A stretch of DNA of 64,000 nucleotides from Octopus sinensis. Lineage: Eukaryota. The notes under the pieces were generated by a model. That model saw only the letters and a list, made by a program, of their open reading frames with translations. It ran no database searches and was not told where the DNA came from. A program made the translations under genes and the position numbers. The stretch covers positions 23,684,001 through 23,748,000 of the forward strand of contig NC_042999.1 in assembly GCF_006345805.1 (NCBI RefSeq), given 5' to 3'. Positions 36,872-49,978 of this stretch are shown piece by piece. The number at the start of each line of letters is the position of its first letter. Within the stretch, counting starts at the first letter, position 1.

Positions 36872-37961
36872 ATATATGTGTATATATATATATACATACA
36901 TGTATAAATATACATTTATATATATGCATATATATAATTTTTGTATATGCTTATATCTATATACGTATATATACATACATACATATGTATGTATGTATAT
37001 ATATATATACGAGAAAAAAGCAACAAGAATGGATTAGTTTTTTTGTACAATTGTTTCATACAAAGACAGGGTTTATTAAAAGCTGCAAATATTGCAGCAA
37101 ATACAAGTGTCCCGTACTCATCAGCTAAAACACATATGAGTTCTCCAAACATCTTAGTGGGTGAGGCTACACTCATGAAGTATCGGAGATAATTTTATAA
37201 AAAGCAAATTCAGGTTGTAAGCGGACTTCCAAAGTTCTTTAATGATGATGCACAGTCTTATCACAGTTTTTAAAAAAGCTTATTAGCTTCACAGAGAAGA
37301 TGAATCAATCCATAATGTAGGTGCAAATTTCCAGAGATATGAGGAGATATTTCATACTCACAGACGAGGAATCTATCCATGATTAATCCACAATGAGGTG
37401 GGTATAATTTCATGCTGTATGATAAGATACTTGTCACACTACTGTTCCCTGCACAAAACTGCTATGTTAGAATTTCTAAAAGCTGAAGGAATTTTGTGGA
37501 GCAAAGAAAAAAAAAGAAAAGAAAGAAAGAAAAAGAAAGAAGAAGAGGAGGAAAAAACTGTTGAGCACTTAGGCTGACGTAATCCACTTTCCTTCCACAA
37601 AATTTGTGGCGATCTGCCAAAATTTGTAACCATTATTATAAAAATTAAGCCAGAGAGCTGGTTCAATCGTTTCTTCACTGGAAGCAATGCTTAGCAGAAT
37701 TTCGTCCATAGTGGCATATTGGATCCAGATTCCGCGCAGATCTACTTTGCTTTTCATTCTTATCGAATCGATAAAACAAGTACTACTTGAAGACTGGTCT
37801 CCATTTTGTCAACTTACCATGTCACTTCAAATTATTGGGTTTCGACAAAAATTTCAAACGTGTATTACAATTATACTTGAAAACAACGAAGAACAAATTA
37901 TTTGTCTAAAATTACCAGTTCAGTGAAAATAGATTAATGATAATTGTAAAATTTTACTCAC

Positions 37962-38145
37962 CAGCGTGAACACACTTTTCGTCCTGAAGAATGAAATTTT
38001 CCTTACAAACACAGGCATATTTCCCTCTTTCAATTCCGCAGTGGCTATTTTCACCACAAGGAGTGATATTTTCTGTTACGACTTCGTTTCCAGGTTTACA
38101 TATTTTCTTTGTTTTACAATCTGCTGATATAATTTCCTCATTAAC
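37962..38145 (-). CDS. Gene B exon, TILa/EGF-like (block I, last in array)
   Basis: ctacag|..|gtgagt, 184 nt; VNEEIISADCKTKKICKPG...CGENSHCGIERGKYACVCKENFILQDEKCVHA. Confidence 0.9.
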
Positions 38146-38599
38146 CTGTAGGTAAAATTCAATAAATTAGAACCTTATTATACCATTGTATATTTATGGA
38201 CTGAACATTTGATGAAACTTTAAAATATTCAAGTAGAATATTGAGGGTATTTCTAAGACTGAAGCTCAAAGCCTTGTTTTATCACGGACGGTAGTACATT
38301 AGAATACGCTATCACTGATATTCCTAGTTTAATTTATTTTAGTAGAAGACAGAGAGTTTTTATGTAAGGGAAGTATACGTCGTGACCTGATGATCGGTTC
38401 GAAAGTTAACATCCACAAAAATATCCAGTAATCTATTAAGACTCAGCTATCTATATGTTTTATGCCAAATGTTGTTATATACAGATCACATGTGCGTCTG
38501 TGTGTGTGTGCGTATGTGTTCGAGCGTGTATGTGTGTGTAGATATGTGTGAGTGTGTGTATGTTTATCTATGTATACAAACTTGTATATAGTACTTTAC

Positions 38600-38790
38600 C
38601 TTCATATATATCTTGTTGTCGATACAACCGCATTGTGTTTCAGGTACACACTGTTCACCACTCAGAATAAAGCCTTGTCTACAAACACAACCTTGACTGG
38701 AACCTGTGCAATTCGGTGACTTATCAGCGCACGAAGGTTGGCAGCTGCTAGTCTTGTGTTGAAATTCTTCATTTTCTTTGCATTTCATCG
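38600..38790 (-). CDS. Gene B exon, TIL (block I)
   Basis: 191 nt, phase 1-0; PMKCKENEEFQHKTSSCQPSCADKSPNC...CVCRQGFILSGEQCVPETQCGC. Confidence 0.92.
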
Positions 38791-39221
38791 CTGGAATAAA
38801 ATACAATAGAGAATCAGTAGAGAATCACAGCAAACAGGCATATCCTTATAAGTAACAAATATTCATGAGGAACACAGTAACTATGTCAATAATAGATAAA
38901 GCTTCCTCTGTTCATATTCTGCTGAAATATATCACTACAGTGCAGTATTTTGCAAATCAATCAAAATATCAAATATTTGTCTGAAAATTTATGTATAAAC
39001 AAGAAACAGGGATGGGTCTAATTCGAAAGTAATAATCAACTTAAATACTAATAAATTCATATTAAATCTAATCTACCAAGTCTCTACAATATATCGAGGA
39101 AGAATTGTGTCGCGGGTTCAGTAAGGTTTGTTAAAAATAAAGGCTGAAATCTATTCGCAAATTTCTTAAGCAATGCACTTGGAGGCATTTCAGAATTCTA
39201 TGCTTCGTTATATATACATAC

Positions 39222-39555
39222 AGAAATATGAGGTCTGATCACTAAGTATCCGAGCTGTTGCGACAGTAACGAAGCTAAACCACGTAGACTGAAGCCGCTC
39301 GGCAGGAATTCACCTTGGACTCGGTTGTGCGAGCGCATGAAGATTTAAAGTTCTAGCTCACTTCTGCTGTTTACAGTAGTTCTCGGAATGGACGCGTGTA
39401 ACATATGATTGTCGCATTGACCATGCCAGAGAAAGTTGTCATAGTGATACCAGGTCAGAGGTCGACGGAAAGTTGCAGAAAGTGTACGGACTGCGCAAAA
39501 ACGTATGAGTGGTCCAGATATTTGCTTTGGCTTCGTTACTATAGCATCAAAATGT
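39222..39555. mobile_element. Mariner-like MITE remnant (copies at about 46263 and 54385)
   Basis: Starts TA(c/t)gaggtctgatca; inner inverted repeat tagtaacgaagc / gcttcgttacta. Confidence 0.55.
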
Positions 39556-39608
39556 AATACACCATATATCCTGTTCTTAGAGGAACGTAAAGAAACAGTA
39601 AATCTTAC

Positions 39609-39877
39609 GGCATTGTGATATTTCTCTCCAATTAACGAAAATTCCTACAGTTTCGCATTCTGTAGCAAAACCTTCAATGATTCGACAGAAAACAGAGTAA
39701 CTGTTCGTAGGATCATTGTGATAACTACAGACATCGATTCTACAAGACTCCAAGTATTCTTCTAGATGCGAAGCTCCGATCTTTTCAATGCAGGCGTCAA
39801 AGATTTTGTCATTCATGAAATCACATTCTTTTGTCTGTTCCTTTGAACAAGTCAAATTAACATCATTCACTTTGCAT
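39609..39877 (-). CDS. Gene B exon, C8 (block I)
   Basis: 269 nt, phase 2-1, 9 Cys, VNWREISQC. Confidence 0.9.
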
Positions 39878-40410
39878 CTGAAAATGAAAATAGAAAGCGA
39901 AATGATGAAGTTAAGAATAAATTGTTATGATTTATGATTTCTCATTTGCTAACTAGAAACCATGCATATTTTCTGAGTAAAATCTTACTGGTGAGTTAAT
40001 GAAATATGATTCACATCTCTCTACTTTCGTTAGCGTCTGATGTAGAACAAAATTCCAGATGTCAAATATTCCCTTCATCTAAAATGTTACCAAATCATCT
40101 TAGATTCTTAACTCATTTCTTGCCTTATATATAAAAACAACAACAACAACAACAACAACAAAAATACCTTCGGAATGAGAACCCAGGGTTCACAATTCTA
40201 CGGAAATGTTGTGGTAACAACAAACAAAATCAGGAAACGTATCCGTCTAATGTAAATAATGTGAATAATCACAGATTAACGTGAAAACAGTTAAATCTTG
40301 ATAATAAAACATAATACTGTGGCATATTCATTGCGCCATTTGATATACTATCAACAATTTGCATATTTTTATTCACGATTTTAGAGTTTGAGAAAGAAAA
40401 TAATCATTAC

Positions 40411-40717
40411 TTTGTTTCGGGTTTATCACTGTCATCTTCAACTTGGTAACTGGCACCAATTAAAGAAAATTTATTTGCTTTTTGAGAAACATTTTCACCA
40501 GATTTCGTACGAAAGTCATCTTTTTCTCCGTTACAATCTCCACAGATTCCAGTCAGTTGATCGGCAAATATTGGTGGTAATGTAACAGTGACTCTGTGTC
40601 TACCATCAAACATCACCTTCAAACCCCATTCAGTGGTAACTGTAATCCACCCGACAGAGTACGTGGCTGAAAACTCTTTATAATTTTTACGGGTAACGAT
40701 TTCTCTTCTGAATTTAT
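40411..40717 (-). CDS. Gene B exon, VWD C-half (block I; 1-bp deletion near 40685)
   Basis: 307 nt vs 308 in block III; EWGLKVMFDG...LTGICGDCNGEKDD. Confidence 0.82.
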
Positions 40718-41606
40718 CTGAAAATTAAATTTAAGAAAATAGGACAGGTATGCAAATCAAGTTATTGTCTTTATATATAAATCATGGATTATTTTCAAAA
40801 TTTTACTTGTTTCAGTCATTGGACTTGGCCATGCTGGGGCACCACCGTCAAGAGATTACTAGAGTAAGTCCACCAACGTGTATTTTTCATTTTACATCCA
40901 GTACTTACCCTATCGCCTCCTTTTGCCGAACCGCTAAGTTACGTAGACGTAAACTCATCTGAACAGAATAAATATATCACTTCTATAATACATTTGGCTC
41001 TCTTTATAATTTGGTCACTTTAGAATATACTTAAGAGGATGGAAATTATAATGCAATTGACACGCGCTCGCTCCTTTCATTAATGAATATAACATATCAA
41101 CATCTTCTGAAAGCCAAATATCTATGAATTACTCACACTGTCTTGTGGAAGCGATGATTATTGGAAATAAGAGGCCGTTTTGTCAGCTAGTGACGTGCTT
41201 ACATACGACATACTGGAAAACTTTATGTTAGCATCTCGCGGTCTCTTATGATCATTGTTTGGCAATGGCTAAAATCCGTCATTAATCATATTGTTTTAAC
41301 GAGGATTAATTTCACATTTTATGAATGACTTCATATCTAATTTAATACGTCAATATCTTCAGTATTTTGTTATTGATTCGAGACGTTAAACATTACGATT
41401 ACGTCTTTCATTTAGTTCCATTTTCAATTTTTTTCTAAGTCTACGATTTAAATTTGTTTCATTGCATTATATCTTCGTTTCGTTTCTTGGTTTCAGTTAT
41501 TAGAAGCTTGGCATTCGAAAATACAACTCGACCTGCAAAATAATACTGTGGATGATTATTACACATTTACACAAGTATAGAGTGAAGAGAGACAAAACGT
41601 ACGTAC

Positions 41607-41852
41607 CAAGATTTTGTTAGCTGGCAACAGACGAATTGTGAAATCAGTGAGTTTGACATCCACTAAACGTGTGCAAGATATACGGTATTCCCTCGGTGTT
41701 CGTTCTTTACTTCAACAGAAAAGTAGGTATTATTCGGTCCCTTCTTAATAGTAGCCAGTGTATATTGCATGTGCCCATGAAATGTATCATTTGTCCATCG
41801 AACGCTCTGTAGTGAGGGTCACCAGACACTTTACATATACATGGTTTCAAAG
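41607..41852 (-). CDS. Gene B exon, VWD N-half with GDPH (block I; two 1-bp deletions near 41686 and 41765)
   Basis: 246 nt vs 248 in the other blocks; ALKPCICKVSGDPHYRAFDGQMIHFMGTC. Confidence 0.82.
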
Positions 41853-42989
41853 CTGAAAATATTCATTACATAAACTTGTAAACAATATATTATAAGCGCC
41901 TGAATAATGCTTAGAAAGTAAAACCATATTCTTGTATTTCATTCAGTCATAAGACGGCGGCCACGCTGGAGCACCGCCTTTAGTCGGACATATCGACACG
42001 AGGACTTATTCTTTGCAAGCCTAGTACTTACTCTATCGGTGTCTTCTGCAGAACCGCTAGGTTTCGAGAACGTAAACACACCAACATTGGTCATCAAGCG
42101 ATAGTGTGTGTGGGGGCGGGGAGACAAACACAGACATACAAACATATACAAATATATGCATTTATATATACGACGGTCTTCTCTCAGTTTCCGTCTACCA
42201 AATCCACTCACAAGGATTTGGTCGGCCAGAGTCTATAGTAGAAGACAATTACCCAAGGTGCCACGCACTGGGACTGAACCCGAAACCATGCTGTTGGTTA
42301 TCAAGCTACTTACCACGTAGCCTTTCCTGCGCCTCTGTGAAATTTATATTCGAAATATTCGTCTATTACCATCATCAGCGTCGTTACCCCCACCACCAAC
42401 ATCATTCTCATACGCATTATCATAATTATTATCATGCTCATCAGGTAACATGTTCGTATTATTATTATTATTGTTATTATTATTATTATTATTTTTATTA
42501 AGGCTAGGAGTTGGAAAAATCGTTAGCACGCTGGACGAAATGTCTAGAGGTATTTCGTCTGCCGATACGGTCTGAGTTCAAATTTCGCCAAGGTCGACTT
42601 TACCTTTCATCCTTTCGGGGTCGATTAAGTATGTACCAGTTAGGCACAGGAGTCCATATAATCGACTTAATCCGTTTGTCTGTCCTTGCTTGTCCTCTCT
42701 GTGTTTAGCCCCTTATGGGTAGTAAAGAAATAGAAATAGGCATTTCGCCCGTCGCTACGTTCTGAGTTCAAATTCCTCCAAGTTCGACTTCGCCTTTCAT
42801 AATTTCGGGGCCAATTAAATAAGCACTCGATACGTACTGGGATCGATGTAATCGACTTAATCCCTCCCCCACATTTGAGGCCTCGTAATTCCACTAAAAT
42901 GCATTATTATTAATATTATTACTACTATTTTTATTATTCATTCGTAACATAGTTTAGGTAAAAATTGCACTGGAATCGTTAGTAATCTG

Positions 42990-43990
42990 TGAAGTCACAA
43001 GTAGGACCTCAGACAGATATTACTTTCGTTAAGATGTGCCCTGTGCCCAATAAACCTGCAAGACATCAATCTTGCGTGGGACTTCCAGTTACCTTAATAT
43101 GTTTTGAAGTTTCAATGGGATTGACCCCAGCGATCCGATCACCACTCGTATCACTTTCACATTACCCTCCCGCACTCCATAAAGTCTTGCCATTTCCACT
43201 TTCTATTCGAAGTACTTGGTGATATTTTCCACTTCTTTACTCACAACATTCATGTCATTTGGTATGGCTTCTTCAATGATCTGACAGTATTTGTCTCCCT
43301 TATTCAATATGACGATATCCGGACGACGGTGTTCGATTACACGATCCAACTGAAAATCAGAATCTCAGAGTATCGTTACTTTTTCATCTCCCGCATAACC
43401 TTATTTCATACAAACTTATACTAGTTCTCTGTTACTTCAGTTTGGTATTGACAGCATGAAAGTCAATGAAGATACACACACGCGTTATCGTGGAGGCCCT
43501 TGTATTCTTTTTGTGCAAGGCTCTCATATCCACTTACCAAGTGAGTCATATTTTCCACACTCTTTCCACAGAGTCTGCATTTCTGGGCATCAGAAGTTTT
43601 ACAGATGCTATACTTCACTGAATTGGTAGCGAGAGCCTGGTCTTGTGCACCAATGATCAGGCTTTCGGTGGTACGCTTCGAATCATCTCGCTCAATCCAT
43701 TCCCACGATGCTGTATAATAATACGTCTTATGTATTCCTTTCAAACTGTCCATACATTCTCATTTCAGGAAGGTCATCTTTTCTCTTCTCAGTTCTTTGG
43801 TTAAACTCTTCCTTGCCCATCATTTCATCTGCATTTACACCCATATATCTTCGCCTCATATTGCAGCAGGTCTTCATCACTATTTATCAAATACTCGGCA
43901 AGCGTTCTCCTTTCACTCCTTATACCCACACCCCGTCGGGTTCACCCATAGACTCTCCTGATGGTAACAGCACGCACAAACATATATGCG
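42990..43990 (-). mobile_element. R4/Dong-type RLE LINE 3' fragment (copies at about 51110-52120 and 59070-60070)
   Basis: IIGAQDQALAT..CRLC..HLVSG..LAQKEY..HD, then FQLDRVIEHRRPDIV; present once per block. Confidence 0.8.
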
Positions 43991-45000
43991 TGTGTCTCAG
44001 TGTGTCTCAGTGTGTGTGTGTGTGTGTGTGTGTGCGTGCTTGAGTAATGCTTTGCAGCATTTCGTCTGCATCTAGGTTCTCAGTTCAAATTCCGCCGAGG
44101 TTGTCTTGTCTTTCACCCTTTCCGGGTCGATTAAACAAGTGCCAGTTACCCACTGGGGTTGATGTAATCAACATAATCCCGTTCCCCAAATTTCAGGTTT
44201 TGTGCTAAAAGGATAATTTCAAATACATAACTATTGAGTGCCATGTAGAAAAATCGATCTTTGAGGAATTAATGTTTCAGTTTTATTAAAATCAAATTGT
44301 TTCATAGGAGTTACAGGCGATTGTTCTCATATTCAAAATTGATCATTATTTTGTAAAGTTTAACTATGCGTTAAAATATTCAACTTTCTATTCTTCATAT
44401 CTCACCGACAATCATCGCCTTATTCTGTTCAAAGAGATTTTAACCCAATATTTGCATTCTGTTATTTATATCTGATGCTCAGGCAACGAACTTGCAAAAT
44501 TGTTACTTCGCCGGGCGGAATCGTTACTGCGCTGAGTTCAAATTCTGCAGTGGTTGAATTTGGCTTTCATTCTCTCAGAGCTGATGAAAAAAGTACCAGT
44601 TGAGCACTTGGGCTGACGTTATCCACTTTCCTCCACAAAATTTGTGGCGATCTGCCAAAATTTGTAACCATTATTATAAAAATTAAGCCGGAGAGCTGGT
44701 TCAATCGTTTCTTCACTGGAAGCAATGCTTAGCAGAATTTCGTCCATAGTGGCATTTTGGATCCAGATTCCGCGCAGATCAACTTTGCTTTTCATTCTTA
44801 TCGAATCAATAAAACAAGTACTACCTGAAGACTGGTCTCCATTTTATCAACTTACCATGTCACTTTAAATTATTGGGTTTCGACAGAAATTTCAAAAGTG
44901 TATTACAATTATACTTGAAAACAATGAAGAAGAAAATATTTGTCTAAAATTACCAGTTCAGTGAAAATAGATTAATGATAATTGTAAAAACTTTACTCAC

Positions 45001-45184
45001 CAGCGTGAACACATTCTTCCTTCTGAAGAATGAAATTTTCGTTACAAACACATGCATATTTTCCTCTTTGAATTCCGCAATGGCTATTTTCACCACAAGG
45101 AGTGATATTTTCTGTTACGATTTCGTTACCAGGTTTACATATTTTCTTTGTTTTACAATCTGCTGATATAATTTCCTCATTAAC
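45001..45184 (-). CDS. Gene B exon, TILa/EGF-like (block II)
   Basis: 184 nt, open frame, canonical splice sites. Confidence 0.9.
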
Positions 45185-45640
45185 CTGTAGGTAAAATTCA
45201 ATAAATTAGAACCTTATTATACCAGTGTATATTTATGGACTGAACATTTGATGAAACTTTAAAATATTCCAGTAGAATATTGATGGTGTTTCTAAGACTG
45301 AAGCTCAAAGCCTTATTTTATCACGGATGGTAATACATTAGAATACGCTATCACTGATATTCCTAGTTTAATTTCTGTTAGTAGAACACAGAGAGCTTTT
45401 ATATAAGGGAAATATACGTCGTGACCAGATGATCGGTTCGAAAGTAAACACCAACAAAAATGTCCAGTAATCAATTCAATAAACAATAACCTATCTATAT
45501 CTTTTATGCATAATGGTATTTATTATACAGCCCAAAGTCTGTCTGAGTCTGTGTATATGTGTGTGTTATGGTGTGTGCGTGCGCGCGTGTATTAGTATCT
45601 ATTTTTATCTATGTATACAAATTTTCATACAGTATTTTAC

Positions 45641-45831
45641 CTTCATATATATCTTGTTGTCGATACAGCCGCATTCTGTTTCAGGTACACACTGTTCACC
45701 ACTCAGAATAAAGCCTTGTCTACAAACACAACCTTGACTTGAACCTGTGCACATCGGTGATCTATTAGCGCACGAAGGTTGGCAGCTGCTAGTCTTGTGT
45801 TGAAATTCTTCATTTTCCTTGCATTTCATCG
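45641..45831 (-). CDS. Gene B exon, TIL (block II)
   Basis: 191 nt, open frame, canonical splice sites. Confidence 0.92.
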
Positions 45832-46643
45832 CTGAAATAAAATACAATGGAGAATCAATAGAGAATCACAGCAAACAGGCATATCCTTGTAAGTAACAAA
45901 TATTCATGAGGAACACAGTAACTATGTCAATAATAGATAAAGCTTCCTCTGTTCATATTCTGCTGAAATATATCACTTCAGTGCAGTATTTTGCAAATCA
46001 ATCAAAATATCAAATATTTGTCTGAAAATTTATGTATAAACAAGAAACAGGGATGGGTCTAATTCGAAAGTAATAATCAACTTAAATACTAATAAATACA
46101 TATTAAATCTACCAAGTCTCTACAATATATCGAGGAAGAATTGTGTCGCGAGTTCAGTAAGGTTTGTTAAAAATAAAGGCTGAAATCTATTCGCAAATTT
46201 CTTAAGCAATGCACTTGGAGGCATTTCAGAATTCTATGCTTCGTTATATATACATACAGAAATACGAGGTCTGATCACTAAGTATCCGGGCTGTTGCGAC
46301 AGTTACGAAGCTAAACCACGTAGACTGAAGCCGCTTGGCAGAAATTCACCTCGGACTCGGTTGTGCAAGCGCATGAAGATTTAAAGTTCTAGCTCACTTC
46401 TGCTGTTTACAGTAGTTCTCGGAATGGACGCGTGTAACATATGATTGTCGCATTGACCATGCCAGAGAAAGTTGTCATAGTGATACCAGGTCAGAGGTCG
46501 ACGGAAAGTTGCAGAAAGTGTACGGACTGCGGAAAAACGTACGAGTGGTCCAGATATTTGCTTTGGCTTCGTTACTATAGCATCAGATGTAATGCGCCAT
46601 TTATCATGTTCTTAGAGGAATGTAAAGAAACAGTAAATCTTAC

Positions 46644-46912
46644 GGCATTGTGATATTTCTCTCCAATTAACGAAAATTCCCACAGTTTCGCATTCTGTAG
46701 CAAAACCTTCAATGATTTGACAGAAAACAGAGTGGTGGTTCGTAGGATCATTGTGATAACTACAGACATCGATTCTACAAGACTCCAAGTATTCTTCTAG
46801 ATGCGAAGCTCCGATCTTTTCAATGCAGGCTTCAAAGATTTTGTCATTCATTAAATCACATTCTTTTGTCTGCTCCTTTGAACAAGTCGAATTAACATCA
46901 TTCACTTTGCAT
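46644..46912 (-). CDS. Gene B exon, C8 (block II)
   Basis: 269 nt, open frame. Confidence 0.9.
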
Positions 46913-47967
46913 CTGAAAATAAAAATAGAAAGCGAAATGATGACGTTAAGAATAATGTTATGATTTATGATTTCTCATTTGCTAACTAGAAACCATGTGT
47001 ATTTTCTGAGTAAAACCTTACTGGGAGAGTTAATCAATTATAATTCACATCTCTCTACTTTCGTTAGCGTCTGATGTAGAACAAAATTCCAGATGTCAAA
47101 TATTCCCTTCATCTAAAATGTTACCAAATCATCTAAGATTGTTAACTCATTTCTTGCCTTATATATAAAAACAGAAACAGATAAACAAACCATATGCAAA
47201 TCACACATGCGCGCATTCTTTGGTCGTAGGTCAGCTCGATCAGAACAATCTATTTTTTCACTACACTAGGCACAAGGCACGAAATTTTTGGACAAGGGGC
47301 CAGTCGATTAGATCGACCCCATTATGCAACTGGTACTTAATGTATCGACCCTGAAAGGATGAAAAGCAAAGTCGACCTTGGCGGAAATTCCGTAACACAT
47401 TTCCTCCGCTTTAAGTGAAAACTTTCAAAGTTAAAACATAAATAATTCTTTCTACGACAAACACAAAATCTGAGGTTTGAGAGGATGGAGTAAGTCGGTT
47501 TCATCTCGATTTCTACTTCCTTTATCGAGTCTGCACGGATGAAAAGCAAATATGTCTTCGTCAACGTTTCAACGCAGAACGCAAAAAGCCAACAGAAATA
47601 ATACTAAACATTTTGATGTGTGCCGTAACGGAAACTATTTTTATTTATGGCTCACCACCTTAAATAACCATACTTCAAAATTTCAGCACAATACCAGCAG
47701 TTTATCGGTATGGGGGCTAATCGATAACATCGACCTAGTATTTGACTGATAATTTTATCGACCCCGAAATCAGAACGTAAGGAACCCAAGGGAATGCCGC
47801 TAATCATTTTTGCCACGCTCTAAACATTCTGCCAGCTCACTCATTAACTGTTCTATATTAGTTTTATAACCCTAAAACTGACTCAATAACTGCCCATGGG
47901 CATATAGCGTAATAGTTAAGAGCGCGGGCTTCTAATTCAAGTTGCGAATTCAATTCCTTTGAATATG

Positions 47968-48250
47968 GAAGAAGAAGAAGAAGAAGAAGAAGAAGAAGAC
48001 AGAAGAAGAAGAAGAAGAAGAAGAAGAAGAAGAAGAAGAGATAAGAAAGAAGAAGAAGAAGAGAGAAGAGAAGAAGAAGAAAGAAGAAGAAGAGAAGAAG
48101 AAGAAGAAGAAGAAGAAGAAGAAGACGAAGAGAAAGAGAAGAAGAAGAAGAAGAAGAAGAAGAAACGAAGAGAAAGAAAGAAAGAAAGAAGAAGAAGAAG
48201 AAGAGAAGAAGACAGAAGAAGAAGAAACAAAGAGAAGAAGAAGAAGAGAA
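47968..48250 (+). repeat. Long imperfect (GAA)n tract (paralogous tract 56095-56221)
   Basis: Direct reading of the sequence. Confidence 0.95.
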
Positions 48251-48541
48251 GGAACAACAACAACAAACATCACAACAAAAAAATCAGCAAAAAAATCCCT
48301 CGGAATGAGAACCCAGGGTTCAAAATTCTACGAAAACGTTGTGGTAACAACAAACAAAATCAGGACACATATCCGTCTAATGTAAATAATGTGAATAATC
48401 ACAGATTAACGTGAAAACAGCTAAATCTTGATAATAAAACATAATACTGTGGCATATTCATTGCGCCATTTGATATACTATCAACAATTTGCATATTTTT
48501 TATTCACGATTTTAGAGTTTGAGAAAGAAAATAATCATTAC

Positions 48542-48847
48542 TTTGTTTCGGGTTTATCACTGTCGTCTTCAACTTGGTAACTGGCACCAATTGAAGAAAA
48601 TTTATTTGCTTTCTGAGAAACATCTTCACCAGATTTCGTACGGAGTCGTTCTTTTTCTCCGTTACAATCTCCACAGATTCCAGTCAGTTGATCGGCAAAT
48701 ATTGGTGGATGTAACAGTGACTCTGTGTCTACCATCAAACATGACCTTCAAACCCCATTCAGTGGTAACTGTAATCCACCCGACAGAGTACGTGGCTGAA
48801 AACTCTTTATAATTTCTTACGGGTAACGATTTCTCTTCTGAATTTAT
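48542..48847 (-). CDS. Gene B exon, VWD C-half (block II; -2, +1 and -1 indels)
   Basis: 306 nt vs 308; indels near 48708, 48650 and 48644 relative to block III. Confidence 0.8.
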
Positions 48848-49730
48848 CTGAAAATTAAATTTAAGAAAATAGGACAGGTATGCAAATCAAGTTATTGTCT
48901 TTATATATAAATCATGGATTATTTTCAAAATTTTACTTGTTTCAGTCATTGGACTTGGCCATGCTGGGGCACCACCTTCAAGAGTTTACTAGAGTAAGTC
49001 CACCAACGTGTATTTTTCATTTATATCCAGTACTTACCCTATCCCCTCCTTTTGCCGAACCACTAAGTTACGTAGACGTAAACTCATCTGAACAGAATAT
49101 ATCACTCTATAATACATTTGGCTCTCTTTATAATTTGGTCACATTAGTATATACTTAAGAGGATGGAAATTATAATGCAATTGACAAGCCCTCGCTCCTT
49201 TCATTAAAAAATATAACATATCAACATCTTCTGAAAGCCAAATATCTATGAATTACTCACACTGTCTTGTGGAAGCGATGATTTTGAAAAAAAGAGGCCG
49301 TTTTGTCAGCTAGTGAGTGCTTTATACGACCCGTGAAAACTTTTGTTAGCATCTCGATTGGAGGGTCTCTTATGATCATTGTTTGGCAAACGCTAAAATC
49401 CGTCATTAATCATATTGTATTAACGAGGATTAATTTCACATTTTATGAATGACTTCATATCTAATTTAATACGTCAATATCTTCAGTATTTTGTTATTGA
49501 TTCGAGACGTTAAACATTACGATTACGTCTTTCATTTAGTTCCATTTTCAATTTTTTTCTAAGTCTACGATTTAAATTTGTTTCATTGCATTATATCTTC
49601 GTTTCGTTTCTTGGTTTCAGTTATTAGAAGCTTGGCATTCGAAAATACAACTCGACCTGCAAAATAATACTGTGGATGATTATTACACATTTACACAAGT
49701 ATAGAGTGAAGAGAGACAAAACGTACGTAC

Positions 49731-49978
49731 CAAGATTTTGTTAGCTGGCAACAGACGAATTGTGAAATCAGTGAGTTTGACATCCACTAAACGTGTGCAA
49801 GATATACGGTTATTCCCTCGGTGTTCGTTCTTTACTTCAACAGAAAAGTAGGTATTATTCGGTCCCTTCTTAATAGTAGCCAGTGTATATTTGCATGTGC
49901 CCATGAAATGTATCATTTGTCCATCGAACGCTCTGTAGTGAGGGTCACCAGACACTTTACATATACATGGTTTCAAAG
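49731..49978 (-). CDS. Gene B exon, VWD N-half with GDPH (block II)
   Basis: 248 nt, open; CKVSGDPHYRAFDG...VEVKNEHRGNNRISCTRLVDVK...LLPANKIL. Confidence 0.92.

Noticed and set aside
36573-37192. Long ORFs rich in Y/I/H/T/C/V (also near 100-650, 11684-12101, 15817, 19961 and 61204-61789)
   Set aside because: They are translations of (TA)n, (CA)n, (TATC)n and (TGTA)n microsatellites, with no splice or domain support
47937-48414. Poly-E/R/K and poly-S/F/L ORFs (also 56040-56341)
   Set aside because: They are reading frames through (GAA)n tracts
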